A stretch of 64,000 nt of DNA from Propionivibrio sp. (GCF_016790145.1 NZ_JAEUOI010000026.1:19680-83679); one strand, 5' to 3'. Shown: positions 10,836-21,189, numbered from the stretch's first letter. The notes: generated by a model not told the origin, from the letters alone. Made by a program: numbers and translations.

Positions 10836-13424
10836 ATGAAATCCCAGCTTCTAGCCGGCAAACTTCGCGATATTTTTGGCGGAGATGGCGAGCCGGAATT
10901 AAAGCAGTTGCTGAAGGTAGCCGCCAAGGAGCATCCGGCACTGACGCAGGGTGTTGAGCAACTTCTGAATGTAGCAGATAACCTGATAGCAAAGCTTTTC
11001 GGCGTGCATCAGCTTCAGTCCGAACTCTCCGCCGATGCTTTCTCCGACTGGAATCTCAAAAGTGCTCGTATCGATTCCGGCAAACAGTGGAAAGTACTGC
11101 TCGGCTACAATGACAATGAACTTGAAGACACGATCGACACCTGGCGGCTTATGGTGCATCCGGATGATCTTCTTGTCTTCGACGCGGCAATTGCCGACTA
11201 TGTACGCGACAGGTCCCGTTTTTTTCAGGCTGAATGCCGTCTGAAAACCAAGGCGGGCCACTGGAAGTGGCTTTTCCTGAAGGGCCTGGCGGTTGCCCGT
11301 GATGCGCGCGGGGAACCCTCGCGTATTTTGTTGCTGCATCGTGATATCAAGGATTTCAGGCAGTCGGAAGCGGATGCGCTGACGGCCAGGGAGGCGGCCG
11401 AAGCCGCCAATCGGGCGCGCGGCTTTTTCATGGCCAACATGAGCCACGAGATTCGTACGCCGATGAACGGGATTATCGGCATGACCGAACTGGCGCTCGA
11501 TACCCAACTCGATGCCGAGCAGCGGCATTACTTGAGGACAGTCAAGTCCTCAGCCGAGTCGCTGCTGATCATCGTGAACGACATCCTAGATTTTTCAAAG
11601 ATCGAGGCCGGCAAGCTGCGCTTCGAGGAGATTCCGTTCTCGCTCGCAGATCTGGTTTTTGAAGCGGTTCGAACGCAGTCGGTAACGGCACACAAAAAAG
11701 GACTGGAAGTCATCGTTTCGCTGTCGGCGGACGTGCCTCCCCGTGTCGTCGGGGATCCAACGCGGGTTCGTCAGGTGATCTCCAACCTGGTCGGTAACGC
11801 GATCAAGTTTACCGAGCGTGGCGATATCTCGGTCGACGTTACGCTTGTTGAGCAGGCTTCTAATTCGGTACTTCTGTGCTTTGCCGTTCGCGATACGGGC
11901 ATCGGCATTCCGGTTTCCCGGCAAGGAGCGATTTTTGATGCATTTTCCCAGGCGGATGATTCAACAACGAGGCGTTTTGGCGGCACCGGGTTGGGTTTGA
12001 CAATCTGTTCCCATCTGATTCAGATGATGGGCGGTCGAATCTGGCTCGAAAGTGTTGAAGGAGAAGGCTCCTGTTTCTACTGTACGGCCCGCTTTGGTGT
12101 CGATTCTGCCCATGTTGTAGCACAGCCGGAACAACGTTACAGCAGTCAGCGTGCACTGCTCGTAGAAGACAACGCAGCACTTTCCGTGCAGTTGTTGGAC
12201 TATCTGGCGCAAACCGGTATGCAGGCGACGCATATTGCCGAGGCACAGGAAGCACTTGCAGCAATCGAGAAGTCGCGGACACTGGGTTTCCCTTACGACT
12301 TTGTACTGATCGACGCTCAGATCACCTTGCCCGGAGGCGTGGCTTGGGCTGAGTCATGGCAGGGCAGTGATCATTCCGAGAGACTGATCATGTTGCTCAA
12401 TACCGAGCAGCAACGTCAGAATTTAAAGCATCTGCGCGAACTCGGCATTGATGCCCATCTCGTAAAGCCGATTGCTCGCGAAGACTTGATTGAAGCATTG
12501 AAGCTGGCTTCCGTTGGCAAGGGTGAGCCTGAACCCATGCTCTCCCCCTTCGATTTTGCTAATCGAATTGAGTCCGCTCAATCACTCCAGCTCGATGTGC
12601 TTCTGGTCGAGGACAATCCGGTCAACCAGGAACTCGCTGAACGTCTTTTGAAAAAGCGGGGTTATCGTGTGAGCTTGGCCAATAATGGTGCAGAAGCCGT
12701 GGATTGCTTCGAGGAAAGATCCTTCGATCTCATCCTTATGGATATGCAGATGCCGGTCATGGATGGTATCGAAGCGACTGAATCGATACGATCCCGCGAA
12801 ATGAGGCGCAGTTGGGTCATCTCACAGGAATACAAGCAGGTCTATATCATCGCAATGACAGCCAACGCGATGGATGGAGATCGTGAACGTTGCCAGCAGG
12901 CCGGGATGAACGACTATGTAGCCAAGCCGATCAAACCGGCTGAGCTTTACGCGGCTATCGATCGTGGTCTTGGCCGGGCTGGCGAAATTGATCCGCCAGC
13001 TTCGCGGAACGCTCCTGCGCTGACTGAGACCTCGCTCGATCTGGTTGCCGCAATGCGCGATCTGGGTGATCGCGATCTGTTGCAGACCATGGCTGGAATG
13101 CTGGTCAATGAATGGGATCAGCATCTGTCGCAGATTCAATCCGATTTGCGCGACAGGAATGCTGCGCAACTTTGTCTGGATGCGCACACCGTCAAGAGTC
13201 TGCTGGCCATTTTCCACGCTGAAGCAGCGCGCCGTATTGCGCTTGATCTTGAAGACTCCGCCAAGGCGCCTGAGGTGGTCGACTGGGAGCGTTGCACTCA
13301 GCTCAGCGAAGATCTGGTGCTGGAAATGACTCGACTCAAACCTGAAATGGAACGTTTTGTTCAAGCCGGTGTTGTCGAATCGAGCCGTATGACAATCGGC
13401 ACAACACCCGTTAAGCAGAGCTAA
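10836..13424 (+). CDS. Cytoplasmic hybrid histidine kinase (PAS-HisKA-HATPase-REC-REC-HPt)
   Basis: [25 protein letters not shown]-box, [18 protein letters not shown] receiver, AHTVKS HPt; no obvious TM segment. Confidence 0.92.
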   Translation: MKSQLLAGKLRDIFGGDGEPELKQLLKVAAKEHPALTQGVEQLLNVADNLIAKLFGVHQLQSELSADAFSDWNLKSARIDSGKQWKVLLGYNDNELEDTIDTWRLMVHPDDLLVFDAAIADYVRDRSRFFQAECRLKTKAGHWKWLFLKGLAVARDARGEPSRILLLHRDIKDFRQSEADALTAREAAEAANRARGFFMANMSHEIRTPMNGIIGMTELALDTQLDAEQRHYLRTVKSSAESLLIIVNDILDFSKIEAGKLRFEEIPFSLADLVFEAVRTQSVTAHKKGLEVIVSLSADVPPRVVGDPTRVRQVISNLVGNAIKFTERGDISVDVTLVEQASNSVLLCFAVRDTGIGIPVSRQGAIFDAFSQADDSTTRRFGGTGLGLTICSHLIQMMGGRIWLESVEGEGSCFYCTARFGVDSAHVVAQPEQRYSSQRALLVEDNAALSVQLLDYLAQTGMQATHIAEAQEALAAIEKSRTLGFPYDFVLIDAQITLPGGVAWAESWQGSDHSERLIMLLNTEQQRQNLKHLRELGIDAHLVKPIAREDLIEALKLASVGKGEPEPMLSPFDFANRIESAQSLQLDVLLVEDNPVNQELAERLLKKRGYRVSLANNGAEAVDCFEERSFDLILMDMQMPVMDGIEATESIRSREMRRSWVISQEYKQVYIIAMTANAMDGDRERCQQAGMNDYVAKPIKPAELYAAIDRGLGRAGEIDPPASRNAPALTETSLDLVAAMRDLGDRDLLQTMAGMLVNEWDQHLSQIQSDLRDRNAAQLCLDAHTVKSLLAIFHAEAARRIALDLEDSAKAPEVVDWERCTQLSEDLVLEMTRLKPEMERFVQAGVVESSRMTIGTTPVKQS

Positions 13425-13545
13425 CAGCACGCAGGAGCTTTTACTGCGGTTTCCAGGGTTCAATTTGCATCGCCGTAAGCCGCATGTAATATAAAAATGC
13501 TCTCATACTGAATGCACAAGAGAGCGAATCGCTCGGGGAGTCTTG

Positions 13546-15848
13546 ATGCGCCTGCAGGGCGAGCTGGAGCGGGACGCAGCTCTGTGGCTGCTGGGCAGCC
13601 TGTGCGGGCTGTTCCGCATCCCCTTCGATGCCTCGCTCATCGCACAAAATTACCCGCCGCCTTACACCCTGCTGACCCTGCACGAAGCCGCCCGCGCGCT
13701 GGGCATCAAGACCGGCCATCACCCCCTGGCCGGCAGCGACTGGCAAAACTGCCGTTTCCACTGATCGCCTTTGCCGCACCCGAAATGCCCGATAGTCTGG
13801 AGAGGGAGGCCGCCGCCGAATCGCCGCCCGCGGCTGCGGGCTCATCGACGAGTCTCACTGTCGTCGACGGCCAGGGACCCGCCGGCACCTCCGACGGCTC
13901 CCCCGAATCCCCCGCAACCCAGGAGCAAGCCCCCGACGCCCCAATACCCCCATTTCCCCCACTCCCCCCGCTCCGCCCCCTGCTCATCGTCAAAGCCTCG
14001 ACCGACCAGCTCCTCTACTTCCGCCCCGGCCAGCAGACTCCGGAGACGATGCCGATCGCCGACGCCGCCACCCTCCTGGCGCCCGAACTGCTCCTCGTCG
14101 CCCGCGACAGCACGGCGAGCGGCGGCGAGCCGGACGACATCGCCGGCTTCACCACCGAGAAGAAAGCCTTCGGGTTTTCCTGGTTCATCCCCGAACTCCT
14201 GAAGCACAAGAGCCTGTGGCGCGACGTCCTGCTCGCCTCGCTGGCCATCCAGCTCGTCGGCCTGTCCACCCCGCTGTTCACCCAGGTCATCATCGACAAG
14301 GTCGTCGTGCACCAGTCGAGCAGCACGCTGATCGTCCTCGGTGTCGGACTGGTCATGTTCATGCTATTCACCAGCGGCATGAGCTGGCTGCGCCAGTACC
14401 TGGTGCTGCATACCGGCAACCGCATCGACGCCGTGCTCGGCAGCCAGGTGCTGCGCCACCTGCTGCGCCTGCCGCTGCCGTACTTCGAGCAACGCCCGAC
14501 CGGCACCCTGGTCGCCCGCCTGCACGGCGTCGAAACGATCCGCGAGTTCGTCTCCGGCGCCGCCGTCACGCTGATCCTCGACTTCCCCTTCCTGCTCATC
14601 TTCCTGGCCGTGATGTTCGCCTACAGTTGGCAACTCTCCTTGATCGCCGTCGGCCTGCTTGGCCTGATTGCCCTGATCAGCCTGCTCGTCGCCCCGCTCT
14701 TTCGCGAGCGGCTCAACCGGCAATTCATGCTCGGCGCGCGCAACCAGTCCTTCCTCACCGAGTACGTCTGCGGCATGGCCACCGTCAAGTCGCTGCAGAT
14801 GGAGCCGGACATCGAGCGCCGCTACGGCGACCTGCTCGCCCAGTACCTCGCCGCCGGCTTCTCGACCAAACAGATCGGCAACACCTACAGCGTCGTCGCC
14901 AACGCCCTCGAACCGGCGATGACGCTGTCGATCCTGATCGTCGGCGCATTGTTGGTGATGCAGAACGAGGGCTTCACCGTCGGCATGCTGGTCGCTTTCC
15001 AGATGTTCGCCAGCCGCATGAGCCAGCCGATGCTGCGCCTGGTCGGCCTGTGGCAGGAGTTCCAGCAGGCCAACGTCGCCGTCAAGCGGCTGGGGGATAT
15101 TCTTGACATGCCGCAGGAGCCGCAGGCGCTGATCCCGAAACGGGAACAGACCAGCAAAGGCCACCTCAGCATCCGCAACCTGGCTTTCCGCTATGGCGAC
15201 CACTTGCCCTGGCTCTACCGTAACCTGGAGATGGCCTTCAAGCCCGGCCACCTCTCGGTGCTCATGGGCCCCTCGGGCTGCGGCAAGAGCACGCTGGCCA
15301 AGCTGATGCTCGGCTTCTACCTGCCGCAGGAAGGGCAGATCGAGCTCGACGGCAAGGATATCCGCTTTCTGGCGGCCAACGAGCTGCGCAGTGTGTTCGG
15401 CGTGGTGCCGCAGGAGACGGTGCTGTTCTCGGGGACGCTCTACGAGAACCTGGTGATGGCGCACCCGCATGCCAGCTTCGACGATGTGATCGCGGCGTGC
15501 AAGGCGGCGGAGATCCACGAGGTGATCGAGAAGCTGCCGGAGGGCTATCAGACCGAGATCGGCGAGCGCGGTACCGGGCTCTCGGGCGGGCAGAAGCAGC
15601 GCATTGCCATTGCCCGGGCCTTACTGAAACGGCCGAAGATTCTGATCTTCGACGAGGCGGTCTCCAATCTTGACCAGCCGACGGCCGAACTCTTCGCCAA
15701 GACGATCAACAAGCTCAAGGGGAAGGTGACGATGCTGTTCATTACGCATCAGATCCCGAGGGGGTTACAGGTCGATGAGGTGTTTAGCATGGGTGAGGAT
15801 CGGAATGCGACGAAGGTTGAGGTGGTGGGGGAGGAATCGGGGAAATGA
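13546..15848 (+). pseudogene. HlyB-like type I secretion ABC transporter with a single-base frameshift near the 5' end
   Basis: Short ORF 13543-13764 (peptidase-like N-terminus) joins the long frame if one A is added at TGGCAAAACTG (13745-13748), giving WQKLPFPLIAF; GPSGCGKST, LSGGQKQR, IFDE motifs intact. Confidence 0.8.
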
Positions 15849-15949
15849 AAATGCAGTACAGTGAAAATTGCTGGGGGGTTTGCGCCATTGGGTCTGATGG
15901 GTGGATGGAATTGAATGTGATGCTTTATTCTGCTTTTTTATTCTGCTAG

Positions 15950-16035
15950 GCCACGCCGAGAGTGTTCCTTTCGGGGCGAAGGCCGGTGTCCAGAATGACA
16001 ACCTGCTTCTGGGTTCCGGCTTTCGCCGGGACGAC
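15950..16035. repeat. REP/REPIN-like inverted dyad, copy 1
   Basis: GCCACGCCG...GCGAAGGCCGGTGTCCAG facing CTGGGTTCCGGCTTTCGCCGGGACGAC. Confidence 0.65.
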
Positions 16036-16114
16036 GCGCCACCACTATTCACAGGCCTGCTTCTCATGTTACGGTGCGCTATCCCGACCTACGCAAACTT
16101 CGCTCGGTTTGGCG

Positions 16115-17545
16115 TTAAAGCACGTCCCTGACGGCCGGCTCATCGGCCGCCGGCAAGACCAGCACGACACGCAGGCCGCCCAGTGGCGACTCGGCCAGTT
16201 CGACCCGTCCGCCATAGAGGCGGGCCAGATCGTCGACAATGGCCAGCCCGAGACCGGAACCGGGAACATGCTCGTCAACACGTTCACCGCGATTCAGCAC
16301 CCGCTTGCGCTCGCCTTCGGCGATGCCGCGCCCGTCGTCGTCGATTGTTATCAGCACTTCGCCGCCGCTCACCGCCAGTGACACCTCGATGCGCCGCACG
16401 GCCCATTTGCAGGCGTTGTCGAGCAAATTGCCCAACATCTCCTGCACGTCCTGCTCTTCGCCGCGAAAGACCACCGGCATGCTGAGCGGGTGGACAACAA
16501 TTTCGAGATTGCGCTCGACATGAATTCGCCGCATCACTCGCAGCAGCCCGTCGAGTACCGGCAAAACGGCTGTGCGCGCACCCGGAACACGCACCGAGGC
16601 CGCCGCTCTTGAGCGGCTCAGGTGGTAGTCGATCTGCTTTCTCGCCACGGCAACCTGGGCGGTCACCACTTGTTCCAGCCCGCCCGACTTTGCCACCGCC
16701 GCGTTGGCGATCACACTCAGCGGCGTCTTCAGGGCATGCGCCAGATTTCCCGCCTGGGTACGCGCCCGCTCGATGACTTCGGCATTCTGGGTCAGGACAC
16801 TGTTGAACTCCTCGACCAGCGGCTGGACTTCGCCGGGGAAACGTCCTTCAAGTTTTTGCGTGCTTCCGTTGCGCACGGCGGCCAGGGCTCCGTGCAGACG
16901 CCTGAGCGGAGCGAGCCCGACCAGCACCTGGAAGACAACGGCCAGCCCCAGCCCGAAGCCGAGCATCCCCAGCGCCAGCCACAGCATGCCTTTGAAATTT
17001 TCCACCGGCTCGTGCATTTGCTGCTCATCGGCAGCGACGAGCAGCCGGAAGGTCTGACCTGGCCGATCCGCTGCATCCTCAATTGTGACGACACGTTCAA
17101 CGACGCCCAGCCTGGCATTGCCGGGGCCTGGAACACTATGCTGATGAACTTCTCCATCCCGCAGCGTATCGGCGGGCAACCTGAGCACCTCATCCCAAAG
17201 CGAGCGTGAGCGCAACAGGCCAAGGGCGGCGGTGGGCGACGGGCCAATACGATCGATCTGCCAGTAAATTCCCGAGTAGGGCTTGCTGAAACGCGGATCG
17301 CTCTGAGCCACGGGAAGCAAAGGCTGCCCGGCCCGATCAAGCACCAGATGCGCCGCCAGTTGATCAAGATGGGTGTTGAGCTCGGCGTGGAACTGCATGG
17401 CGACGTGCTGACTGAACAGGCTGCCGAGCGCCCAGCCGGCAGCGACAATCGAGACCGCGATCCAGACCAGCGTCCCGAGCAACAGGCGTAGACGCAGCGA
17501 ACCGCGCAGCGCCGTCGACGGCTGTTTTGTGCCAGCGCCGATCAT
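16115..17545 (-). CDS. Membrane sensor histidine kinase (PhoQ/QseC/FeuQ-like)
   Basis: Two TM segments, NLAHALKTPL H-box, NLLDNACKW, DDDGRGI, GSGLGL; 4-bp overlap with the regulator. Confidence 0.92.
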   Translation of the reverse strand: MIGAGTKQPSTALRGSLRLRLLLGTLVWIAVSIVAAGWALGSLFSQHVAMQFHAELNTHLDQLAAHLVLDRAGQPLLPVAQSDPRFSKPYSGIYWQIDRIGPSPTAALGLLRSRSLWDEVLRLPADTLRDGEVHQHSVPGPGNARLGVVERVVTIEDAADRPGQTFRLLVAADEQQMHEPVENFKGMLWLALGMLGFGLGLAVVFQVLVGLAPLRRLHGALAAVRNGSTQKLEGRFPGEVQPLVEEFNSVLTQNAEVIERARTQAGNLAHALKTPLSVIANAAVAKSGGLEQVVTAQVAVARKQIDYHLSRSRAAASVRVPGARTAVLPVLDGLLRVMRRIHVERNLEIVVHPLSMPVVFRGEEQDVQEMLGNLLDNACKWAVRRIEVSLAVSGGEVLITIDDDGRGIAEGERKRVLNRGERVDEHVPGSGLGLAIVDDLARLYGGRVELAESPLGGLRVVLVLPAADEPAVRDVL

Positions 17546-18207
17546 GGAGAAACGAGGCGATAACCCAAACCGCGTACCGTTTCGATCGCGCCCTCGGGCA
17601 GCTTCTTGCGCAAACGGGCGATGAATACTTCAACGGTATTGGAATCGCGATCAAAGTCCTGGGCATAGATGTGCTCGATCAGAGTGCTGCGCGAGACGAG
17701 TTGCCCCGGATGGTGCATCAGATAGTCGAGCACCCGGTATTCGTGGCTGGTCAGCGTCAGCGCCTGCCCCCCCACCGTGACTCGGCTATGCAGGGTATCG
17801 AGCACCACCTCGCCGCACACCAGTTCGGCGCTGGCATGGCCACCGGCCCGGCGGATCAGCGCACGCAGGCGCGCCAGCAATTCTTCCATGTGAAAGGGCT
17901 TGGCCAGATAATCGTCGGCACCGGCATCGATCCCGGCCACCTTCTCGTGCCAGTTGTCACGAGCGGTCAGGATCAGCACCGGCATGGTTCGTCCGGCGGC
18001 ACGCCATTTCTTCAGGACGGTGAGCCCATCCAACTGCGGTAGCCCGAGATCGAGAACGACCGCATCAAAGGGCTGGTTCTCGTCACCCCCCTGGAAGTGC
18101 GCATCGACGCCATTACTCGCCACATCGACGGCATAACCGGCGACACCCAGCGCCTCGGCCAACTGCGCCGCAATTGTCGGCTCATCTTCAACGACTAGGA
18201 CACGCAT
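17542..18207 (-). CDS. OmpR/PhoP-family response regulator
   Basis: MRVLVVEDE, VVLDLGLPQLDG, GADDYLAKPF, IETVRGLGY. Confidence 0.95.
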   Translation of the reverse strand: MRVLVVEDEPTIAAQLAEALGVAGYAVDVASNGVDAHFQGGDENQPFDAVVLDLGLPQLDGLTVLKKWRAAGRTMPVLILTARDNWHEKVAGIDAGADDYLAKPFHMEELLARLRALIRRAGGHASAELVCGEVVLDTLHSRVTVGGQALTLTSHEYRVLDYLMHHPGQLVSRSTLIEHIYAQDFDRDSNTVEVFIARLRKKLPEGAIETVRGLGYRLVSP

Positions 18208-18223
18208 TCGTGGCTACCCCCCA

Positions 18224-18562
18224 TCAACGCTCAATTTTTGCATCATGATCCCGGTGCGGAATAATCGTCCCGTCACGCGCATCCACCCTGAGCTTCACCA
18301 GCGAACCGCCCGGTCGCAATACCTTGATCTCGTACACCCAGCGCCCTTTGTCGCGCTCCAGCTCGACTTCCATGACCTGGCCCGGCGAGTCGCGATCAAC
18401 CTTCTCCAGAACCGTTTTAAGCGGCAGTATCTCGCCGGCTTCAAGCGCCTGGCGGGCACGGTCATGGTCGCCGACATCGGCGGCGAAAACCGGAAAAAAA
18501 ACCGCAATGGACAGGATAAGGCCGACCGCCAACATGCCCGTTTTTTTTCCTCCCGATCCCAT
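18224..18562 (-). CDS. Secreted PepSY-domain protein
   Basis: Signal peptide, DHDRARQALEAGEILPL, EVELE...WVYEIK...VDARDG; GGAG RBS before ATG 18562. Confidence 0.85.
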   Translation of the reverse strand: MGSGGKKTGMLAVGLILSIAVFFPVFAADVGDHDRARQALEAGEILPLKTVLEKVDRDSPGQVMEVELERDKGRWVYEIKVLRPGGSLVKLRVDARDGTIIPHRDHDAKIER

Positions 18563-18683
18563 TGCTTCTCCTGGGAAAAATTCAAAAAAGATGAAGTCGC
18601 GCGGGCGACTCAACAATCACCCCTCGCGGACATCTGCATTCCAATCCCTTACTGGCGGAACAAGTGAGAGCAAGGCAAGCTTT

Positions 18684-19211
18684 CTACATATCACGGACAA
18701 GATGAGCGAATTCGTCAACTTTTTGCCAATCGGTAAATTCAACTACCGTCGATGGGTCGGTAGGTCCCTTGGTCATCAACATGATCAAGCGGATCATCAA
18801 GCGGTCAAAGAATCTGTATTTCGGATAATCCAGTTTGCCGGCAAAGACTGCAAGTTTCTTGGGGCGCCACGCTATCTGCTTGAGAAATTTGCGCATGTAG
18901 GGATTGGTTTCCGGACGGTTCTTTTCCTTCTTTCGGGCAACGATATTGACCGAGAAAAAGGCATTCGATTTACTTTCCAGAAGCTGCAAGTGGCTATTAA
19001 TAAAATCCAGAACCAACGGGTTATGTTTCCCATAGCGAATACTGGCACCGATAATTATTTTGTCATAAAAATCCAGATCTACCTGACGGAAATCATCGAC
19101 AGGAACCAGTGTTACATGATTCGAGCTCTCTTCAATCACCTGCTTCAGACGTTTGCCTATCTTTTTCGTGTGACCATCGGTAGATGAAAACAGGATAAGG
19201 ATATTGGCCAT
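18684..19211 (-). CDS. hemG: Menaquinone-dependent protoporphyrinogen IX dehydrogenase (flavodoxin fold)
   Basis: FSSTDGHTKKI, GASIRYGKH, FFSVNIVARKKEK, FAGKLDYPKY, EFTDW. Confidence 0.9.
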   Translation of the reverse strand: MANILILFSSTDGHTKKIGKRLKQVIEESSNHVTLVPVDDFRQVDLDFYDKIIIGASIRYGKHNPLVLDFINSHLQLLESKSNAFFSVNIVARKKEKNRPETNPYMRKFLKQIAWRPKKLAVFAGKLDYPKYRFFDRLMIRLIMLMTKGPTDPSTVVEFTDWQKVDEFAHLVRDM

Positions 19212-19330
19212 TTTGCTTTTCTGTGATTTTTCAATAGTGGATCAATCCGTGCCCATCCGGCTGTCGCCCGACTTGCAGATGTTCGAATCCGACCCTGGGG
19301 CGGTCAACACCTGTCGCTGCCTGAAATCAA

Positions 19331-20077
19331 TTACGGCTTTGCCCTCTCAATGCGCACGCTGACGGTTCCACCCTTGGGCTTTTGCGCGATCTTCAGGAGG
19401 AAGCGCTCGCTGCCTTTCGTGTATTCGTGCGTTTCTGTTTCCAGAGTGGAGGTCTGCAACGCCTGAGTGAAGCCCTTCGCGGCGAATTCCTTGGCATAGT
19501 AATCCAGAACCTTGACGTAATCCGCCTTGCCTTCAAACTCAACCGTCGCGGCTGCCCCTGGCCCGATTGCCCGCTGCCATTGGCTGCGCGTGAGTCCCGG
19601 GTAGCGCGCTACCGGCCCGAGATCTTCGCCGGACACGTCGCGTTGCGGAGCCGTTTCCGGCTTTAGGGCAGGCACCAGCCCGGCCAGCATTTCACGCGCG
19701 CCAGGCACGCTCTCTGTTACCTGATCCAGCACTCCCTTGGCAGCGGGAACACGCTCCTTGACCTGATTGATAACGTTTTGAGCACCGGGGACACTCTGTC
19801 TGGCTTGATCCAGCACGCCTTGAGCGCCGGGGACAATTCCTTTGACTTGTTCAAGCAACATATTCGTCGTCCCACGTAGCGCGTCAGGAGCAGCGCCAGC
19901 CAGGCTCTGGGTTTGTCCCCAGAGCCAACTGACCAGAGCCAAAGCGGCCCAGATCAGCAGGCCAATAAATACCAGCAGGCCAATGCCGGCGGCAAACCAG
20001 GTCCGGCGTCGGACCTGAAAGAACCCCGGCGCGAAGTTGGCGGCTTGAGCGATAAGACCAGGCTTGTCCATATGCAT
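19331..20077 (-). CDS. Single-pass membrane hypothetical protein with 14-aa tandem repeats
   Basis: TM segment WFAAGIGLLVFIGLLIWAALALVSWLW; repeats VPGAQGVLDQARQS-like x4; start may be 20071. Confidence 0.75.
   Translation of the reverse strand: MHMDKPGLIAQAANFAPGFFQVRRRTWFAAGIGLLVFIGLLIWAALALVSWLWGQTQSLAGAAPDALRGTTNMLLEQVKGIVPGAQGVLDQARQSVPGAQNVINQVKERVPAAKGVLDQVTESVPGAREMLAGLVPALKPETAPQRDVSGEDLGPVARYPGLTRSQWQRAIGPGAAATVEFEGKADYVKVLDYYAKEFAAKGFTQALQTSTLETETHEYTKGSERFLLKIAQKPKGGTVSVRIERAKP
19667..19834 (-). repeat. Four in-frame 42-nt (14-aa) tandem repeats
   Basis: VPGAQGVLDQARQS / VPGAQNVINQVKER / VPAAKGVLDQVTES / VPGAREMLAGLVPA. Confidence 0.8.
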
Positions 20078-20174
20078 TTCCTTTGTAAGTGTTTGCTGTC
20101 AAGGCGGCGTCTTGAGCGAGTTCCTCGCCACTTGCTTCGTCGGAACTGAGGCTGTCGTGGTGATGCTCACCGGC

Positions 20175-20204
20175 AAAAACTCCTGTCTGATGGTTAGACA
20201 GGAG
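20175..20204 (-). terminator. Intrinsic terminator
   Basis: Minus strand CTCCTGTCT-AACCATC-AGACAGGAG followed by TTTTT. Confidence 0.7.
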
Positions 20205-20358
20205 GGTTACTTTGACCCGCCGCCGGTCTTTGGGAGGTTTCACCGGGGTGCCTTGACATTGAATAGGGAACGGAGAGAAAGACAATGGTCATCATCACGG
20301 AGAAACTAACGGCGAATCCAGGCAACAGGCCAGCAGATATAGTCATTCGAGTTTTCAT
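20194..20358 (-). CDS. Putative 54-aa small membrane protein (below ORF-track cutoff)
   Basis: MKTRMTISAGLLPGFAVSFSVMMTIVFLSVPYSMSRHPGETSQRPAAGQSNPPV; hydrophobic core, stop inside terminator hairpin, no clear RBS. Confidence 0.4.
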   Translation of the reverse strand: MKTRMTISAGLLPGFAVSFSVMMTIVFLSVPYSMSRHPGETSQRPAAGQSNPPV

Positions 20359-20390
20359 GGGGGATTGTCATCTGCAAATAGGGAAACATC

Positions 20391-20424
20391 AGTCTAATCG
20401 CAGTTTTATTAACCGGAGCTTAAC
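20391..20424 (-). promoter_or_regulatory. Candidate OmpR/PhoP-type direct-repeat box plus -10
   Basis: GTTAAG-N5-GTTAAT-N11-TAGACT. Confidence 0.45.
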
Positions 20425-20663
20425 GCGCGCCTTGCCAAGGCGCTGTCTTCCAGTGACATCTTGTTCTCATCGCGCCTGGCGAGCACCCCACTGGCGATGA
20501 AAACACCGTCCTCACTAGGTTTCCCCGAGGTGACCGATACTTTGTCTTCCTTGACCAAGCTGCAGATTATTGCTCAGGCCAAAAATGGATGAAGTTCTCA
20601 CCCCGTCCTTCACCGGGGTGACGGTAGTTTCAAATTTCCTCGGGCCGGATCAATAGCCGCCGA

Positions 20664-20696
20664 TTCAGCTTCTGTTCAGGTTCGCTACGGCAAAGT
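20664..20696 (+). promoter_or_regulatory. Candidate OmpR-type direct-repeat box upstream of SHP
   Basis: TTCAGC-N5-TTCAGG (11-bp period) then weak -10 CAAAGT. Confidence 0.45.
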
Positions 20697-20727
20697 GCAC
20701 CTAACCGCAAATTGAAAGGAGAATCGC

Positions 20728-21144
20728 TTGAAAACCCAAAAAGCAACAACGCTGCTGCTGGCCGCGCTTTTGCTGCCGCTCGGCAGTTACGCCGCATCAC
20801 GCGATGAGCTTCTGGCTCAGTATGCCCTTTCAGCCAAGGCCGCATCACCGGCATTTTCGGGGTTTTCCGCCGCGCGAGGGGAAAAGCTGCATGTCACGAA
20901 GTTTGCCGGCGGCAAGGCGGAAACGCCGGCCTGCACCGCCTGCCACGCCGACAGCCCGCGCAGTGCCGGACGCACGCCGGCCGGCAAGTCAATCGAAGCG
21001 CTCGCCGTATCGCTGACTCCCGCGCGCTACACCGACCCGGCCAAGGTCGAGAAGTGGTTCAAGCGCAATTGCAATGACGTGCTCGGGCGCGAATGCACGC
21101 CGCTCGAAAAGGGCGACTGGCTGAGCTACATGATCAGCCAGTAA
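20728..21144 (+). CDS. Sphaeroides heme protein (SHP)/DUF1924 monoheme cytochrome c
   Basis: Signal peptide, CTACH, RYTDPAKVEKWFKRNCNDVLGREC with the C-terminal Cys pair; TTG start. Confidence 0.88.
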   Translation: MKTQKATTLLLAALLLPLGSYAASRDELLAQYALSAKAASPAFSGFSAARGEKLHVTKFAGGKAETPACTACHADSPRSAGRTPAGKSIEALAVSLTPARYTDPAKVEKWFKRNCNDVLGRECTPLEKGDWLSYMISQ

Positions 21145-21189
21145 GCCTGAGAATCTGTGAAATATCATAACTGCCTGATTTTCACGCTC

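Noticed and set aside
18494-18548. Two 8-nt homopolymer runs in the PepSY signal-peptide region as phase-variation tracts
   Set aside because: Frame is intact, runs are short, and they are explained by Lys and Phe codons
20285-20500. Plus-strand 71-aa ORF with a GGAG upstream
   Set aside because: No protein features; overlaps the better-supported minus-strand small ORF and its promoter
20598-20621. Perfect 8-bp hairpin TCACCCCG/CGGGGTGA upstream of SHP
   Set aside because: No adjacent U tract or recognisable riboswitch context; function cannot be supported
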